Positions 35,270 to 49,076 of a stretch of 64,000 bases of DNA are shown here, piece by piece. The stretch lies in assembly GCF_018977255.1 (NCBI RefSeq), contig NW_024704742.1:70930001-70994000 (forward strand). The letters are read 5' to 3'. Position 1 is the stretch's first letter. Each line of letters begins with the position of its first letter. Under the pieces are notes generated by a model. It saw nothing but the letters and a program-made list of their open reading frames with translations. It made no database searches and was not told the origin of the DNA. Made by a program: the position numbers and the translations under genes. This DNA is from Callorhinchus milii. Lineage: Eukaryota.

Positions 35270-36670
35270 GTAAACCAACTGTGTGATTCATGATTAGGAG
35301 GAGGCTATTCAGCCCATCAAACCTGCTTCTCAGATCTCTTGATCCCATCTCCTGGCCTTTTCTCAATGTTTCCTCAATGCCCTAACTTCCCAAGTATCTC
35401 TCTTATCTGTCCTCTTAAGCATCCTGGTTGATTCTACCCATTGTGTGCCAGAACCATGCTTCACCATTCTCAAAACATGCACATTACTGACCAGACTCTA
35501 TACCACACACACACACAATAACGCAATACAACCCTACACCGACACACGTACCAATAATATGCTTACAGTCCCACACACACACACACGTAATAACGCACAT
35601 ATATACAGACACAGAGCACCTACAACACACACACAACCAGTAATCCACACTTGGTTCCAATAACACAGACACACACAAAGCACCAATAACACAGCTGTGC
35701 CTACCCCCATCCCTCCCCCATTCACACCTGTGGCCTGTGAAAAGCTTTGAGATGTTTCAATGGGATGAGGCACAATACCAACGTTTCACATACGGTAACA
35801 TCTCTGAATAAACCTGCTCACTCACTTTGTTCTGTTTGCTGTGTCCAAATTGGCTGCCATGTTCAACCCCAAATACACAGCCTGTGTGTGATTACTTTAT
35901 AGTAAACTCCTGCATAGCTCTTTCGGATGCTTCGCTGAGGTGATGAGGCGTTATGTCAAATTCAGGAATTATTGTTGTTGTATGTTTAAATGCTTTGCAG
36001 CGACTGTGCCAGACACCAAGCGGAGAGGGGAACGCATCGTGAGGGTTTTTTGGGAGTTTTTAAATAATAATCCTTATATTGACATATTTTAAACAATAAT
36101 ATCCTTATATTTGACATTGTTGAGACATCTCAAAAAGCTTCATAGCATATACTGTAAAGTGAATTGACTGTATTTTGTGGATGAAACACGGCAGACAGTT
36201 GCGCGCAGCCTTGTCCCCCAAACAGTCTTGGAATGAGTGACCAATTATTTTTTAAAAGACAAGAGAGAAATAATAATAATAATTGCATTTGATATTGCGC
36301 TTTTCATGTCTTTGAGATGTCTCAAAGCGCTTCACAGAATACATTGTAAAGTGAATTGACTGTATATTTTGTAGGCAAAACACGGCAGCCAATTGCACAC
36401 AGCAGTGCCCCAAAAACAATCGTGGATTGAAGTGACCAATTTATTATTATTGTTTTTAAAGGAATTATTACCCCCCGGTAAAGCGATCCACCAATCGACT
36501 AACAGCCGGGTTCTTACTTACTGCTAGGTAAACAGAGGCGTGTGGAGTAAGGAAACTTGCCCAACATTTCGCCCTGTCGGGAATCAAACCCAAGTCTCTC
36601 GCTTGCAAGGTAAGCGCTCTAAACACTAAGCTACATTTGTCTCAACCGTATGTTTGTGTTTCTCCCCCAG

Positions 36671-36745
36671 GGCCACTCCCTACCAAGAAACGAAAAGAAG
36701 TTTGAAAACCTTGTGAAACATACTTTCCGATTAGGAGATAAAACC
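36671..36745 (+). CDS. npm1: Nucleophosmin-like penultimate exon: GHSLPRNEKKFENLVKHTFRLGDKT
   Basis: ccccag|...|gtgagt; 75 nt; matches NPM1 [25 protein letters not shown]. Confidence 0.95.
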
Positions 36746-36984
36746 GTGAGTATCTAAGTTGGTCCTCCCACTCAAAACATTGTTAAGCGAGTGTGGGGAG
36801 ACGTTACCTGTCTGACAGCACTGCCTGTGGGCTCCCCTGTCCCCAGCAAACTGTTCTGCACAGTCTGTGTTATTGGTGTGTGAGATCAATGCTGTGTGGG
36901 TTGTGTGTGTGTTGGTGTTGTGTGTATATGTGTGTATGATCAGTGCTGCGTCTGTGTGTATTTGTGTGTATGTCTATGTCCTCT

Positions 36985-38182
36985 CTGTTGCCTTCGACAC
37001 TGTCAACCATTCCATCTTCCTCCACTGCCTTTCCTCTCTCAACCTTCACAGACCCGCCCTTGCCTGCTTCAAATTCTACCTCTCCCACTGTCTCCACCTC
37101 ATCTCCACTGACGGCTTCTCCTCTAGCCCCCGCACCATCTCACGCAGCGTTCCTCAGGGCTCTGTCCTTGGACACTTCCTTTTCAATATCTACATGCTCC
37201 CCCTTGGTGACATCATCCGTAGACATGGGGTCAACTTCCACATGTATGCGGATGACAACCAACTCTATCTCTTAGCTCCACCCTCAACTCCAGGACAACT
37301 GCTGTGCTCACTGACCTGACTGCCTGTCGGACATCAAGTCCTGGATGAGCAATAATTTTCTCAAGTTGAAGGTGAACAAGACCGAGGCGCTCCTGCTTGG
37401 CTCCCATCAGCGCCTCCATACCTCGGTCGCTGACAGCATCACCCTTCATGGATGCACTCTACACCTCAAAGAGCCAACAAGGAACCTCGGCATCCTGTTC
37501 GACCCTCAACTGTCCTTTGTACCCCACATCCGTCCCATGACCCGCTCCACCTTTCCCCACCTCTGCAACATTGCACGACTCCACCACTGTCTCTCACCGT
37601 AGGCCGCCGAGATTCTCACACACACATTCACCACATCCAGGCACGAGTACACAAACTCCCTGCTTGTCGGCCTCCCCGACTTCTCCCTCTACAGGCTGCA
37701 CATCATCCAGTACTCTGCAGCCCATGTCCTCTCCCGCACCAGGCTCCGCAAGCCTATCATCCCAATCCTTGCCCGACTCCATTGGCTTCCCATCACACAG
37801 AGGATACAGTTCAAGATCCCTCACCTTCAAAGCCCTCCATGGCCTCCTGTGACCTCCTAACCCCCTACCAACTTGTCCGCACCCTCCACTCAGCAAGCTC
37901 TGGCCTGCTTCCAATCTCCCACCTTGTCTGCCCCACCATTAGCGGGTGGGCCTTCAGCCTCTGGAACACCGTCCCACAGTCGCTCCACTTAGCCCTCTCC
38001 CTTGCCTCCTTCAAGACCCTCCTCTTCAACCATGCCTTCGATCACCCTCCTACCCCTACCCTCACCGCCCTCCACCCGTCCTGATCCCAACCATCAGCTC
38101 GGGTGCGGATCCCTGACTGTCCAGCGCCTTGGCACGTCCTCCAGACGTGAAAGGCGCTATATAAATATAATTTTTTGTTGTT
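36985..38182 (+). mobile_element. L2-clade LINE fragment filling most of the last Npm intron
   Basis: AFDTVNH, VPQGSVLG, YADD motifs; tail ends about 30 nt before the terminal exon acceptor. Confidence 0.92.
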
Positions 38183-38214
38183 ACGGGTTCTGTAATCACA
38201 CTCTGTATTCTCAG

Positions 38215-38265
38215 GTCATTAAGGAGTTGTGGGTCTGGGTACAGACACTGAAGCAAACCAAGTGA
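38215..38265 (+). CDS. npm1: Nucleophosmin-like terminal coding exon: VIKELWVWVQTLKQTK*
   Basis: ttctcag acceptor, phase 0; LWxW matches the NPM1 nucleolar localisation tryptophans (AIQDLWQWRKSL). Confidence 0.95.
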   Translation, partial: VIKELWVWVQTLKQTK

Positions 38266-38398
38266 GCGACTCAGCGAGCAAGGCATACTTCCCCATGTTT
38301 CTGCACGGTTTACCATGTTGAAGAAATCCAGGGTGTTTCCCAAAAAACGTTTTTTGTTCTGGTCACTTCGTCTGCTTAAGGCTGTGATTTCTTAAAAA

Positions 38399-38404
38399 AA
38401 TAAA
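38399..38404 (+). terminator. Candidate polyadenylation signal of the Npm gene
   Basis: AATAAA about 135 nt after the stop codon, followed by ATTAAA and T-rich sequence. Confidence 0.6.
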
Positions 38405-41400
38405 AAAAATTAAAAATTCTTAAAAAATTTCTTTACATTTTTTTAAAAAAATGGCTACTAGAGCTCGATGCGTGGTGACAGGATCTGGGAGACTGATACA
38501 AGGAGATCCAACAACTTAGATTTATATAGCACCCCTCACGCAGGATAGCGTCCCAGAGCGCTTAACCATGGCTGAGACTGGCACGAAGCCGAGGAGAGAG
38601 AGGATCGTAAGCACAGTTGAAGAGGAAGATCTTAGGCATGACTTGAAGATAGGTAATGATAAGGATAGAGGAAGAGTGTTCCAGAGTTTGGGGGTGTAGT
38701 GGCTGAAAGTCCAGCCACCAATCTTGGAACGGAGGGCACGAGAGACATGAAGGAGGCTGGAGCCAGTGGAGTGGAGGCGGTGGGTCGAGGGTTGGGAAGT
38801 AATCAGGTTGCTGAGATAGGGAGGTGCCAGGGCATGAAGGGATTTGAAGACTAGACATGCAATACAACAACAACAAATTGCATTTACACAACACCGTTCA
38901 TGTAGGGAGGACGTCTAAGGCGCTGGACAATGAGGGCTTTCCACCGAGCTGGAGGTTTGGGATCAGAGAGGGGTGGAGGGCTAGTGGGTTGGAGGCATGG
39001 TCGAAAAGGAAGGTCTTGAAACAAGCCTTGAAGGAGGTAAGGGAGGGGGGTGAGGCGGAGGGCTCCGGGATGGATTTCCAGATAGCGTCAAAAAGGCAGA
39101 TAGCCGACGGAGGAGCGGGCATGGTGGGGGATGTGGAGCGGGCCAGTGCCCGCCGAGTGGACAGGTTGATGACATCAGCTGAAAGCTAAACCATTTACAC
39201 GTGAAATAAGGTTTTTTTCATGTAGTGGGAGTGTGGAATTCACAAGCACATGTGAAATTGACATGCAGGCACTTATACACAGGAAATGTACATGCACACA
39301 CATGTAAACTGGAAACTAAAATATACATCTCACAGAAGATAAACATATACAAGAAATTGATGCACACACACAGTACTGTTGTTGCTGATTGGCAGCCAAT
39401 TCATATGCATGACAGAGAAATAAAAAAGTGATAAAATAATAAGAGTTAAAGTGTGGGGACAGGGAAGGGTGGCAATAACAACAACAAATTACATGTATAT
39501 AGCGCCTTTCACATTGGGAGGACAACCCAAGGCGCTGGACAGTCAGGGATTTGGATGCGAGCTGGGGGGAGCGGATGGAGAAAACTCACAAATCAAAATA
39601 CTAATTGTTTTTTCTTTAGTTTGATTCTGCATTCAAAACGCTCAAGAAACTCAGCTCCTCTCCGAGTTTATCTCCCATTTCCTGTCATCAACAGAAACAT
39701 GTAGTCCTGTAGAATATTGGTTAGAGCACTCACAATCGAGAGGACCCCGGTTTGATTCCTGGGCAGAGCAAAACCTTAGACAAGCTTCCTTACTCCACAC
39801 TCCTCTGATTACTTAGCCGTAAGTAGGAACCCAGTTGTTATTTGATTGGTTGATGGCTTTCTGGGGGTAATAATCCCTCCAAAAAATAATAATAATTTGG
39901 ACGCTCAATCCATGACTGTTTGTGGGACACTGCTGTGTGCAATAGGCTGTCACGTTTTGCCCGCAAAATACAATGTCAATTAATTTTACAGTATATGCAA
40001 CCTGATAAGGCACTATATCAAATGCAAGGATGATTATTTTTATTATTATACATTATATGATAAACCATTCCCAACCATGTCTCTCCTTTCACCCAACCTT
40101 CCCCTGACCATCCGAGACCTGAGAAAGCCTCTACGGAGAGGCAAGAGTTCATTTTGGAAGATCTAACTCCAGCGGTATGGGTGCACAGCTTAAATAACTT
40201 GTATTCAATAGAAAGCTTTAAAAACAGCACACCTTGATGTGTGATGGGTTGGGGGTTGTAAGAGTGTGCCACACCTTTAACAAGGGGACAGCCTGTGTAT
40301 CCAATTGCCAGAACAACAGCAGCTGAGATTTCCTGATTATTGAACCTTCCGCACAACGAGGTCACTGACCCCAATAACTAATTGCTTCCCAATGAAATGC
40401 TGGGATCCAATTACCTCACTGTCCCTCCTGCACTAAGCTCCGTGAGCCGATCTCCCACCCGCACCCCCAACCGGCTTCACTGACTCCCCATCCCCCAGAG
40501 GATTGAGTTTACGATCCACACCCTCACTTTTAAACCCGTCCATGGTCATGATCCTCCCTACCTCCGCAATCTCTGAACGCAATATCAATCTGTCCACTCC
40601 CTTCGCTCGGCAGGCACTGGCCTGTTCCACGTTCCCCACCCTGCCTGCTCCACTATTAGTGGTCAGGCCTTCAAACTTTCTGAGCCCACGATCTGGAACC
40701 AACTCCACCTTGCACCCTCCCCCCACTGTCAAAGGTGACGTCTTTTGGATGAGATGTCAAACTGGAACATGCAGTCGATAAAGATACTACAGAGCTATTG
40801 AAAAAGAGAACAAAGTTTCTCTCAGTGCCTTGGCCGACTGATCCTCAAACCAAAATCTAAGTCAGTCATTCGTGGGATGTTGCTGTGCATAGATTGGTTC
40901 TTGTGTTCATCTACAAATTACAGTCACTCCACTTTACAGTAAATCCTGTGTAGCGCTTTAAGTCTTCCTCCCATTGGGAAAGGCATGAGTAATGATACAG
41001 AATGATTAACGCCTGCCCAAACAGGCACAACCGGGACCTCGGTTTAATCGAGCTTAGTGGTTAGCGCACTCGCCTCGCAAGCAAGAGGACCCAGGTTTGA
41101 TTCCCAAGTGGGGCTAAACCTTAGGCAAGTTTCCGGACTCCAAACGCCTCTGTTTACCTAACAGTAAGTAGGAACTCGATTGTTAGTTGATTTCTTTTTG
41201 AGGGATTATTACCCCTTTCCAGGGCTAATAATTCCTCCACCAAAAAAAATGTGGTCACTCAATCCACTACTGTTTGCGGGACACTGCTGTGCACAATTAG
41301 CTGCCGCGTTTCACCCACAATATACAGTCAATTCACTTTATATTCTGCAAACTGCTTTGAGATGTCTCAAAACCATTATATGGTGCTACATCAAATTATT

Positions 41401-44400
41401 ATTATTATAACATCTCATCCGAAGTACGGCACTTCCAACAATGCAGGGCTCCCCCAGCACTATACTGGTGTCTCAATCTGGACTGTGTGAGCTCCAAATT
41501 CCTACGTAGAGCTCGAACCCACAATCTTCTAACTCAGAGAGTGCTACCAACTGAGTCAGGCTGACACAGCCAGAAAGCCATGTTTTTGGGTCCCTGAGCA
41601 GTAACCTGTGTTATTGATGTGGATTAGACATGTCGTAGTGGATTAGACGTGTTTTCTGGTCAAATCTAATCTGTTAAATCAATCCATTTAATCTCCATAT
41701 TGAACGTCCCCTCCCATGCCTCCCAGGGTCAGAACATCTTGAAAGTTGTACCAGTTAAGCTCTTTAACTTCCAGAACCTAGCTGCTTATTATTGTGAATT
41801 ATTGTTGTAAATATTTCGAAGGCGTCATTGTGTAGAGGTATTTGTGTTGTGGTGCATACTGTAGTGGGGCTGGGCCCACTGTAAATGTATAGCGGAGCGT
41901 CTGATAACTGTGGGAAAACAGTCAGGCTGCTTAATGAGAATTCACAGCACTTGCTACAGTAATGATTCACTAATACCCAACAGGTAACCTGAGCATCTCC
42001 AGTGTGTGAGCACCAGTCAGGGAACGTTAACTCCAGCCACTGTGGAATGCAGGTCGTTATTCAAGCACTCTGAGACGCTACCTGTGTGAAGGGCGCTATA
42101 TAAATGCAAGTTTACGTTGTGGTTATTCTCTTTGATATTATCAGGCTATCTGGTATACAGTTACAATGGGCTCAGCCCAACTACAGCATGCAAAACAACA
42201 AAAACAACTTCAGAAAAAGTCTTCAAAATATTTAAAACAATCATTTACACTAATCCTGTAGCTTCTGGTTAGCGCACTCGCCTCACAAGCAAGAGGACCT
42301 GGGTTTGATTCCCAGGCAAGGCAAATGTTAGGCAAATTTCCTTACTCCACACGCCAGTGTTTACCTAGCAGTAAGTAGCAGTAAGTAGGAACCTGGTTGT
42401 TAACTGCCTTTCCGGGGGTAATGATTCCTTCAAAAAAAAGCTTAATATTTGCATTTGACTTAGTATCATTATTTTTAAGAGGAAACCTGATGCGTACATG
42501 AGGGGGAAGAGAATAGAGGGGTGTAGAAGAGGAGAATAGAGGGGTGGAGGAGAGGAAAATAGAGGGGTGCAGGAGAGAGGAATAGGAGGGGGAGGGGATT
42601 GGAGTATAATCACAGGTCTGGCTTCGACTGGTTGAGCTGAATGGCCTCTGTGTGTGCTGTATTGCATTATCTATCTCCAGGTAACCTTGGCCTCAAAAGG
42701 GGGACCTTACAGAAATAGATTTAGAATGGTAAACCGTGTTGAACAGGTAAACACACAATACTGTCAGACACACCTAAGGAGCACAAGAGGGCACAGATTC
42801 AGGGCTGTGAAGGGCAATTTCAAGACAGACACCAGGAAGTGTGGGGAATCAACTGGGAATAGGGGCGGATGGGTGTGGCCAGGATGCTGGGAAGTGGCAC
42901 CTGTCAATCACCTGCAACCTGCTCCCAGGCACTGTGGAGTAGGATGCAAGCAAATTGGAGAGATAGGGAGGGATTTGTACACGAGTGAGAGGATCTTGAA
43001 ACCTAAAATAAAAGTTTCCAGCCAGCTAGGAGCTGATGAGCCTTTCCCTTTAAGGTAATGGTTTGCGCTTGCATAATTGGCTGCTGCTATGTCAAATGCA
43101 AGGATTATTATTATTATTATCATGTGTAACATAGCTGTCTGGAGCTGCGCTGGGTGCCAGTCAGTGTAAACTGTGCCATTTACCAGCACTGAACAGTAGG
43201 GGACAGCGGCACCACAGACAATCACTGTGCTGCCAACTGGGATCAACTTGGATCTGCACTGATGGCTAATGCACAACAATGAAATCTTAATAATTATTAT
43301 AATAAAAATAATCTTGGCATTTTCATAAAACCTCTAACATCAAAACATCTCAAACGCCTTGCAAAAGCTGTCAGGAAGGATGTGATTGATTTTATCTGAG
43401 GATTGTTGGCCAGGACACCGGGAGGGAGAAACTCCTCTTTTCCTGTAGCACCACGGGATCTTTAACTTTCACCTGGGAACAGGGCACAGATGGGAGCTCA
43501 GTTTAGCATCTCATCGAAAGACAGTGCCTTCGACAATGGAGCGTTCCCTTCACCACTGCACAAGAGTGTCAGCCCAAACTGACTTTTAACAAACTTCAAC
43601 ATCCACTTGAACAGAGCATAGATTGGAGCTAGGTTTAACATCCCCTCTGAAAGGTTCTCACTTCTTGACAATGCAACACTCCTCCCATCCCCTCCCTTTC
43701 CCCCCAGCATTGCACTGGAGTCTGTACTGTGAGCTCAAAGTTCTTGACGTGGTGGATTGAACCCGGAATCTTTTGACTCAGGCAAAGAACGAAACATAAA
43801 TTTTCTAAAATAGAATTAAAATACAGCATTTGGGGGCAATGGGAATTGGGGGAGCGGGGGAATTGGAGGAAGGGGGATGGGAGTGGGGGAGGGGGTTCAG
43901 GCGCAGTGTTGAGTGAGTCTCTAAGTGGCAGTGATTCATGTTGGGCCCAGCTGTCTGTCCAGCTGACTTAAGGGGAGAAATACGCAGAGCAATCTGGGTC
44001 GTTTACACTAAGTATAGGCTGAGCTGAGAGAGGACGGTGGAGCAGCTGTTATCTCTGGACTCACAGAGATCCATAACTCAGGGCAGGGGGCGGATGCTTG
44101 GCGGCGGGTGGGGCGTGCGAGGACCAGGGGAGCTCCCTTCTCACCGCTCAACAATAACATCAATGCATCGATCGTCCAATCTTGGCCTCCCCCCCACTCC
44201 GTACAATCACACAATTGGTTCGGGTGAAGAAGACCCTTCAGCCCATCTCATCTCAGCCTTTCAGAACACCCCGCCCGATGTTCCACCCATCGCAGTGTCA
44301 AGCTGTTTTTTCAATGAAGCCCAGTATTCCAGCCTAGACTAAAATGTAGACTTCTTCCAGGGAAAGGGTGTGCGTGAGTGCATCTCTGTTAAGCTGAGCT

Positions 44401-44849
44401 GGCTCCAGGGTAACATGCTCAACAATGTCGGAATCAAGGCCACCCTCTGTGACAGTCTCTAGTCCAGTTCCTGAGCCAGGTGGGCCGCAGTATTCCAGTG
44501 CATTGCTGATGACAGCACAGCCCAACCTGGCTCATCGGCAGGACTTGGAAGGGCAGACCGGTTACTGGGCAGGGAATCATCCCACTCAGCTCCTGTTAAC
44601 CCTGCAAATCAAAGCCCTAATGGGTGGGGTGGTCCTCGCTGAATAATCAGCAGGAAAGCTTGCTGGACAGTGCTCTCAATAGCAAGCTTTGCAGTTTTAG
44701 CTGGTTAGACTTCAGCAGTTACCCAAATGCACACTCTTGGGTCCCCAAGCTTTGGCTCTTGCCAACCTACATCTGATATTCTTGCCAACGATGTACCACA
44801 AATAAACAGTCAATCTACTTTACAGAATATTCTGTGAAGCATCGACTCC

Positions 44850-45725
44850 ATGTCCGACGATATTCTGTCAGCTTGTCTCGCTGACATCAGGGCCTGGATG
44901 AGTGCAAACTTCCTGCAGCTGAATGTGGACAAGACAGAAGCCATACTCCTTGGCTCCTGTCAATGACTTCACTCCTGTGGATCTGAACTCCTCAACCTCC
45001 CTTAGCTCTCCTTCAGATTTACTGAACCAGTGTGCAATCTAGGGGTCCGATTCAAACCCCAACTGTCCTTCCTCCCCCACATCTGGTCCCTGACCAGGAC
45101 CCCCTACCTCCACCTCCGCCACATTGCCCGCCTCTGACCGTACCTTACCCCAAATGCAGCCAAAACCCTCGTGCATGCGTTTATCACCTCCCGCCTGGAT
45201 TACTCAAACATACTCCTCGCCAGTCTCCCCAGCTCCACTATTCAAAAAATCCAGCTCATTCAGAACTCTGCCACCCACATACTGACCTGGACCAAACTCC
45301 ATAACCAGTTCTGGCCAGGCTCTGCTGGCTCCCCATCACTGAACAGATCGTCTTCAAGATCCTCACACTTGTGTTCAAATCCCTTCACTCCCTGGCACCT
45401 CCCTACCTCTCCGACCTCCTCACTCCCCAATCCACCACCCGGCGCCTCCACTCGACTGGCACCGGCCTCCTGCTCGCCCCTCGCACCCTCCGCTCCACCA
45501 TTGGAGGTCGCACTTTCAGCCATTATGTCCCAAAACTCTGGAACATTCTTCCTCTATCCCTCCACCTTGCTCCCTCTCTCCCCTTTTTGAAATCCCACCT
45601 GAAAACCTTCCTTTTCAACCGTGCTTACAGACACCTTTCCCCCACCCCACACCTGACTCAGAGTCAGACTCCGCCACTGTTAAGTTCTCTGAGAGGGTGC
45701 TATATACGTGCAAGTTGTTGTTATT
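44850..45725 (+). mobile_element. L2-clade LINE 3' fragment
   Basis: HAFITSRLDYSN...IQNSA and FKSLHSLAPPYLSDLL motifs plus tail. Confidence 0.9.
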
Positions 45726-46149
45726 GAAGCTCTTTTAGGCTTCTCAACGATGGGATAATGTACTATATCAAATGCAAGGATTATTATTTATTATAATTCT
45801 TTCCGGAATTAGATGAACAAGGTACAGCCCTCCGGGAAGAGAGAGAGTGCGCATTCTATTCCAGGCACAGGGAAATTTCCATGCGTTGGTGGCATACATA
45901 TGTGGAACTCTCAGTTTGCTTTGGAGACTCTTAAGCATGGTGAAGAGTTTTTTCGCATGTCAGACACCCGCTGTTCCTCTCTGCCTCGAGGTACCTCTCC
46001 CTGATTCTGGATGCCCTTGAACTCGGTGCTCTCACTTCATTTCCCATTTCACTTCTTTGGCAGCACAAGTAATACAGAATCTCAAGTATAAAAATGGACG
46101 ATCGTACTTGGTTTTTGGGCACGTAATCATCGAGAGGATGAAATAATAA

Positions 46150-47490
46150 TCATAGAATTATGCAGCACAGAAGGAGGCTATTCAGCCCATCGTGTCTGTG
46201 CCGTATCTTTGAAAAGAGCTATCCAATTCAATCCCACTCCCCCGTTCTCTCCCCATAGCCTGCAAACTTGTCCTCCCCAAATAATTATCTACTTCTCTCT
46301 TAAAAGCTGTTATCGAATTGGCTTCCACCACCCTTTCAGGCAATGCATTCCAGATCCGAACAACTCGCCGTGTGAAAAAAATTCTCATCATCTCTCCTCT
46401 GTTTCTTTTAACAACTATTTTAAATTGGTGCTCTCAGGTTACCAACAGACCCGCCAGTGGAAATAGTTTCTCCTTGTTCACCCTATCAAATCCCCTCATA
46501 ATTTTGAAAACTTCTATTAAGTCTCCTCTTAACCTTCTCTGCTCCAAGGAGAATAATCCCAGCTTCTCTAACCTCTCCTGATAACTGAAGTCCCTCATTC
46601 CTGGTACCATCCTGGTAAATCTCCTTTGCACCCTCTCCAATGCCTTGACATCCTTCCTAAAGTGTGGTGCCCAGAACTGAACAGTCTCTCGCTGAGGCCG
46701 AACCAGTGTTTTATAAAGGTTCATCATAACTTCCTGACTTGTATTCTCTGCCCCTATTTATAAAGCCTTGTATCCCATATGCTTTTTTAACAGTTTTATC
46801 TACCTGTCCTGCCACCTTCAAAGATTTATTGATATGAACTGTCTGTTCCTTCACCCCCTTTAAGATTGTACCATCAGCTTATATTGCCTCTCCACATTCC
46901 TCTTCCTAAAATGTATCACTTTAGATTTCTCCACATTAAACGTCATCTGCCATGGGTCTGCCCATTTTACCAGTCTGTCTATGTCCATTTGCAGTCTGCT
47001 ACTATCCTCCTCACTGTTTACTACTTCTCCTAGCTTAGTATCATCTGCAAACTTGGGAATTGTACTCCCTACACCCAAGTTAAGGTTATTTATATAGATC
47101 AAAAACAGCAGTATTCCCAATACTGACCCCTGGGGGACATCACTGCACACTTCCCTCCAGTCAGAAAAACAACCTTTCACCACTGCTCTCTGCTTCTGTC
47201 TCCCAGCCAGTTCTGTATCTATGCTGCCACTGTCGCTTTAATACCGTGGGCTTCTATTTTGCTTACAAGTCTCTTATGTGGCTCTTTATCAAACGCCTTT
47301 TGAAAATCCATATAAACTACATCAACTGCACTACCTTCACCCACCCTCTCCATTCTTCATCAAAAAACTCTATCAGGTTTGTTAGACGTAATTTGCCTTT
47401 AAAAAATCCATGTTGGCTGTCCTTTATTAACCCATATTTTTCTAAGTGAAAATGTATTTGTCCTGGATTATAGTTTCTAGAAGTTTCCCC
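46150..47490 (-). mobile_element. CR1-type LINE 3' fragment, same family as 2040-2905
   Basis: SQHGF, VPQGSVLG, KFADDTKL, LEQRRLRGDLIEVFKIM in minus-strand ORFs, followed by 3' UTR. Confidence 0.94.
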
Positions 47491-48709
47491 ACTGCCCCAC
47501 TTCTCAAAGTGTTTCATAGGGTTTATTGTAAAGTGAGGTCACTGTGTGTTTTTCTAGCCAATTTGAGAATAGCAATGTCCCATGATGAGGTGGGGATTGG
47601 GGTGGTGCTCGTTCCATCCATTCATTCATTCCAGAATCCCTCAGCGTCACCCCTCTCTTGCCTCTCAAGGTCTCAAGACCTTCTTCTTTGATCGTGCTTT
47701 TGGGCACACCCCACCTTCCCTGCCCTCCACCCTTCTTGATACCTACCCCCAGTTCGGGTGTAAACCTTTTACTGTCCAGTGCCTTGGGACATCCTCCCAA
47801 CGTGAAAGGATGTTTCCACAACAACAACAAATGGTCTGATAAGGCACTCTTATCAACTGCAAGGATTATTATTTTTAAAGTAAATCCAGCAAAGCGCTCT
47901 GAGACACATGAAAAGCGCTGCATTAAAGGTAAGGTTTATTATTTTATCATTAGTAGATCAATCTGTTGAGCACTGACTTGGGACAACAAGGTTATAGCTA
48001 GTAACCTAGGGAATCTAGGAACATTCTGCCCCTCAAGCCTGCTTCCCACAGACCAGGCTCACATACTACAACCTCCTAATTGTCACTGATGGAGCCATCG
48101 GTGGAAAAGATGGTTCACTGTTATTGTATCAAAGCTCCTCAAAATCCTAAACTCAATGATCAGATCAACCTTCAGCCACCTAGGTTCCAGAGAGACATCC
48201 CTAGTCTAACCAACCTTTCCTTCTCCAACCCACTCCCCGCATCCCTGGGACCCTTCTTGTGAAGTTTAAGGGATCCATCAGGACTTCATTATTTTGTGAC
48301 TGAATTCTATAGGCAGATGCAGCAGCCAGTTTGCACATAGCAATGTCCCACAAATAGTAAACCAACTTTATCTGGGGGAATCTTAAGCCAGGATACCGGG
48401 AGAGAGAAATTCCTATTTTCCATAGTGTTGTGAGATCTTGGTTGTAGCTTCCTGCCCCCATGTCTGAGCTTTTAAGCTCACAGTCCAGACTGATGCTCAA
48501 GACTGGGGGAAGCAGAACACTGCATTGTTGGAGTTGCTGTGCTTTGACTGAAATGTTAAACTGTCTGTGTTGAGGCAGACGTTAAAGATCCCACAACGCT
48601 ATTGGAAAAAGAAGGGGGTTTCTCTCTCCTGGTGTCCTGGCCAACAATCCCGTAGATGAATGGCAGTAGTTAATTGTGAGATGCAATACAATGAAGCAGA
48701 GTGCTGAGC

Positions 48710-49076
48710 AATAATAATAATAATCCTTGCAATTGATATAGTCCCCTATCGTGTCATTGAAACATCTCAAAGCGCTTCACAGAATATATTGTAAAGTGGA
48801 TTGACTGTATATTTGATGGGCAAACGCGGCAGCCAATTGTGCACAGCAGTGTCCCACTAACAGTCGTGGATTGAATGACCACTTTTTTTTTGAGGGATTA
48901 TTATGCCCGGAAAGTGATCCGCCAATTGACTAACAACCGGGTTCCTACTTACTACTAGGTAAACAGAGGTGTGTGGAGTAAAGAAACTTGCCTAAGCTTT
49001 TGCCCTGCCCGGGAATCGAACCCGGGTCCTCTCGCTTGCAAGGCGAGTGCTCTAACCAATACGCTACAGGATTCCA
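48710..49076 (-). mobile_element. Full-length family-A SINE, long subfamily
   Basis: Reverse complement shows the GGTTCGATTCC B box, central domain and tail. Confidence 0.9.
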
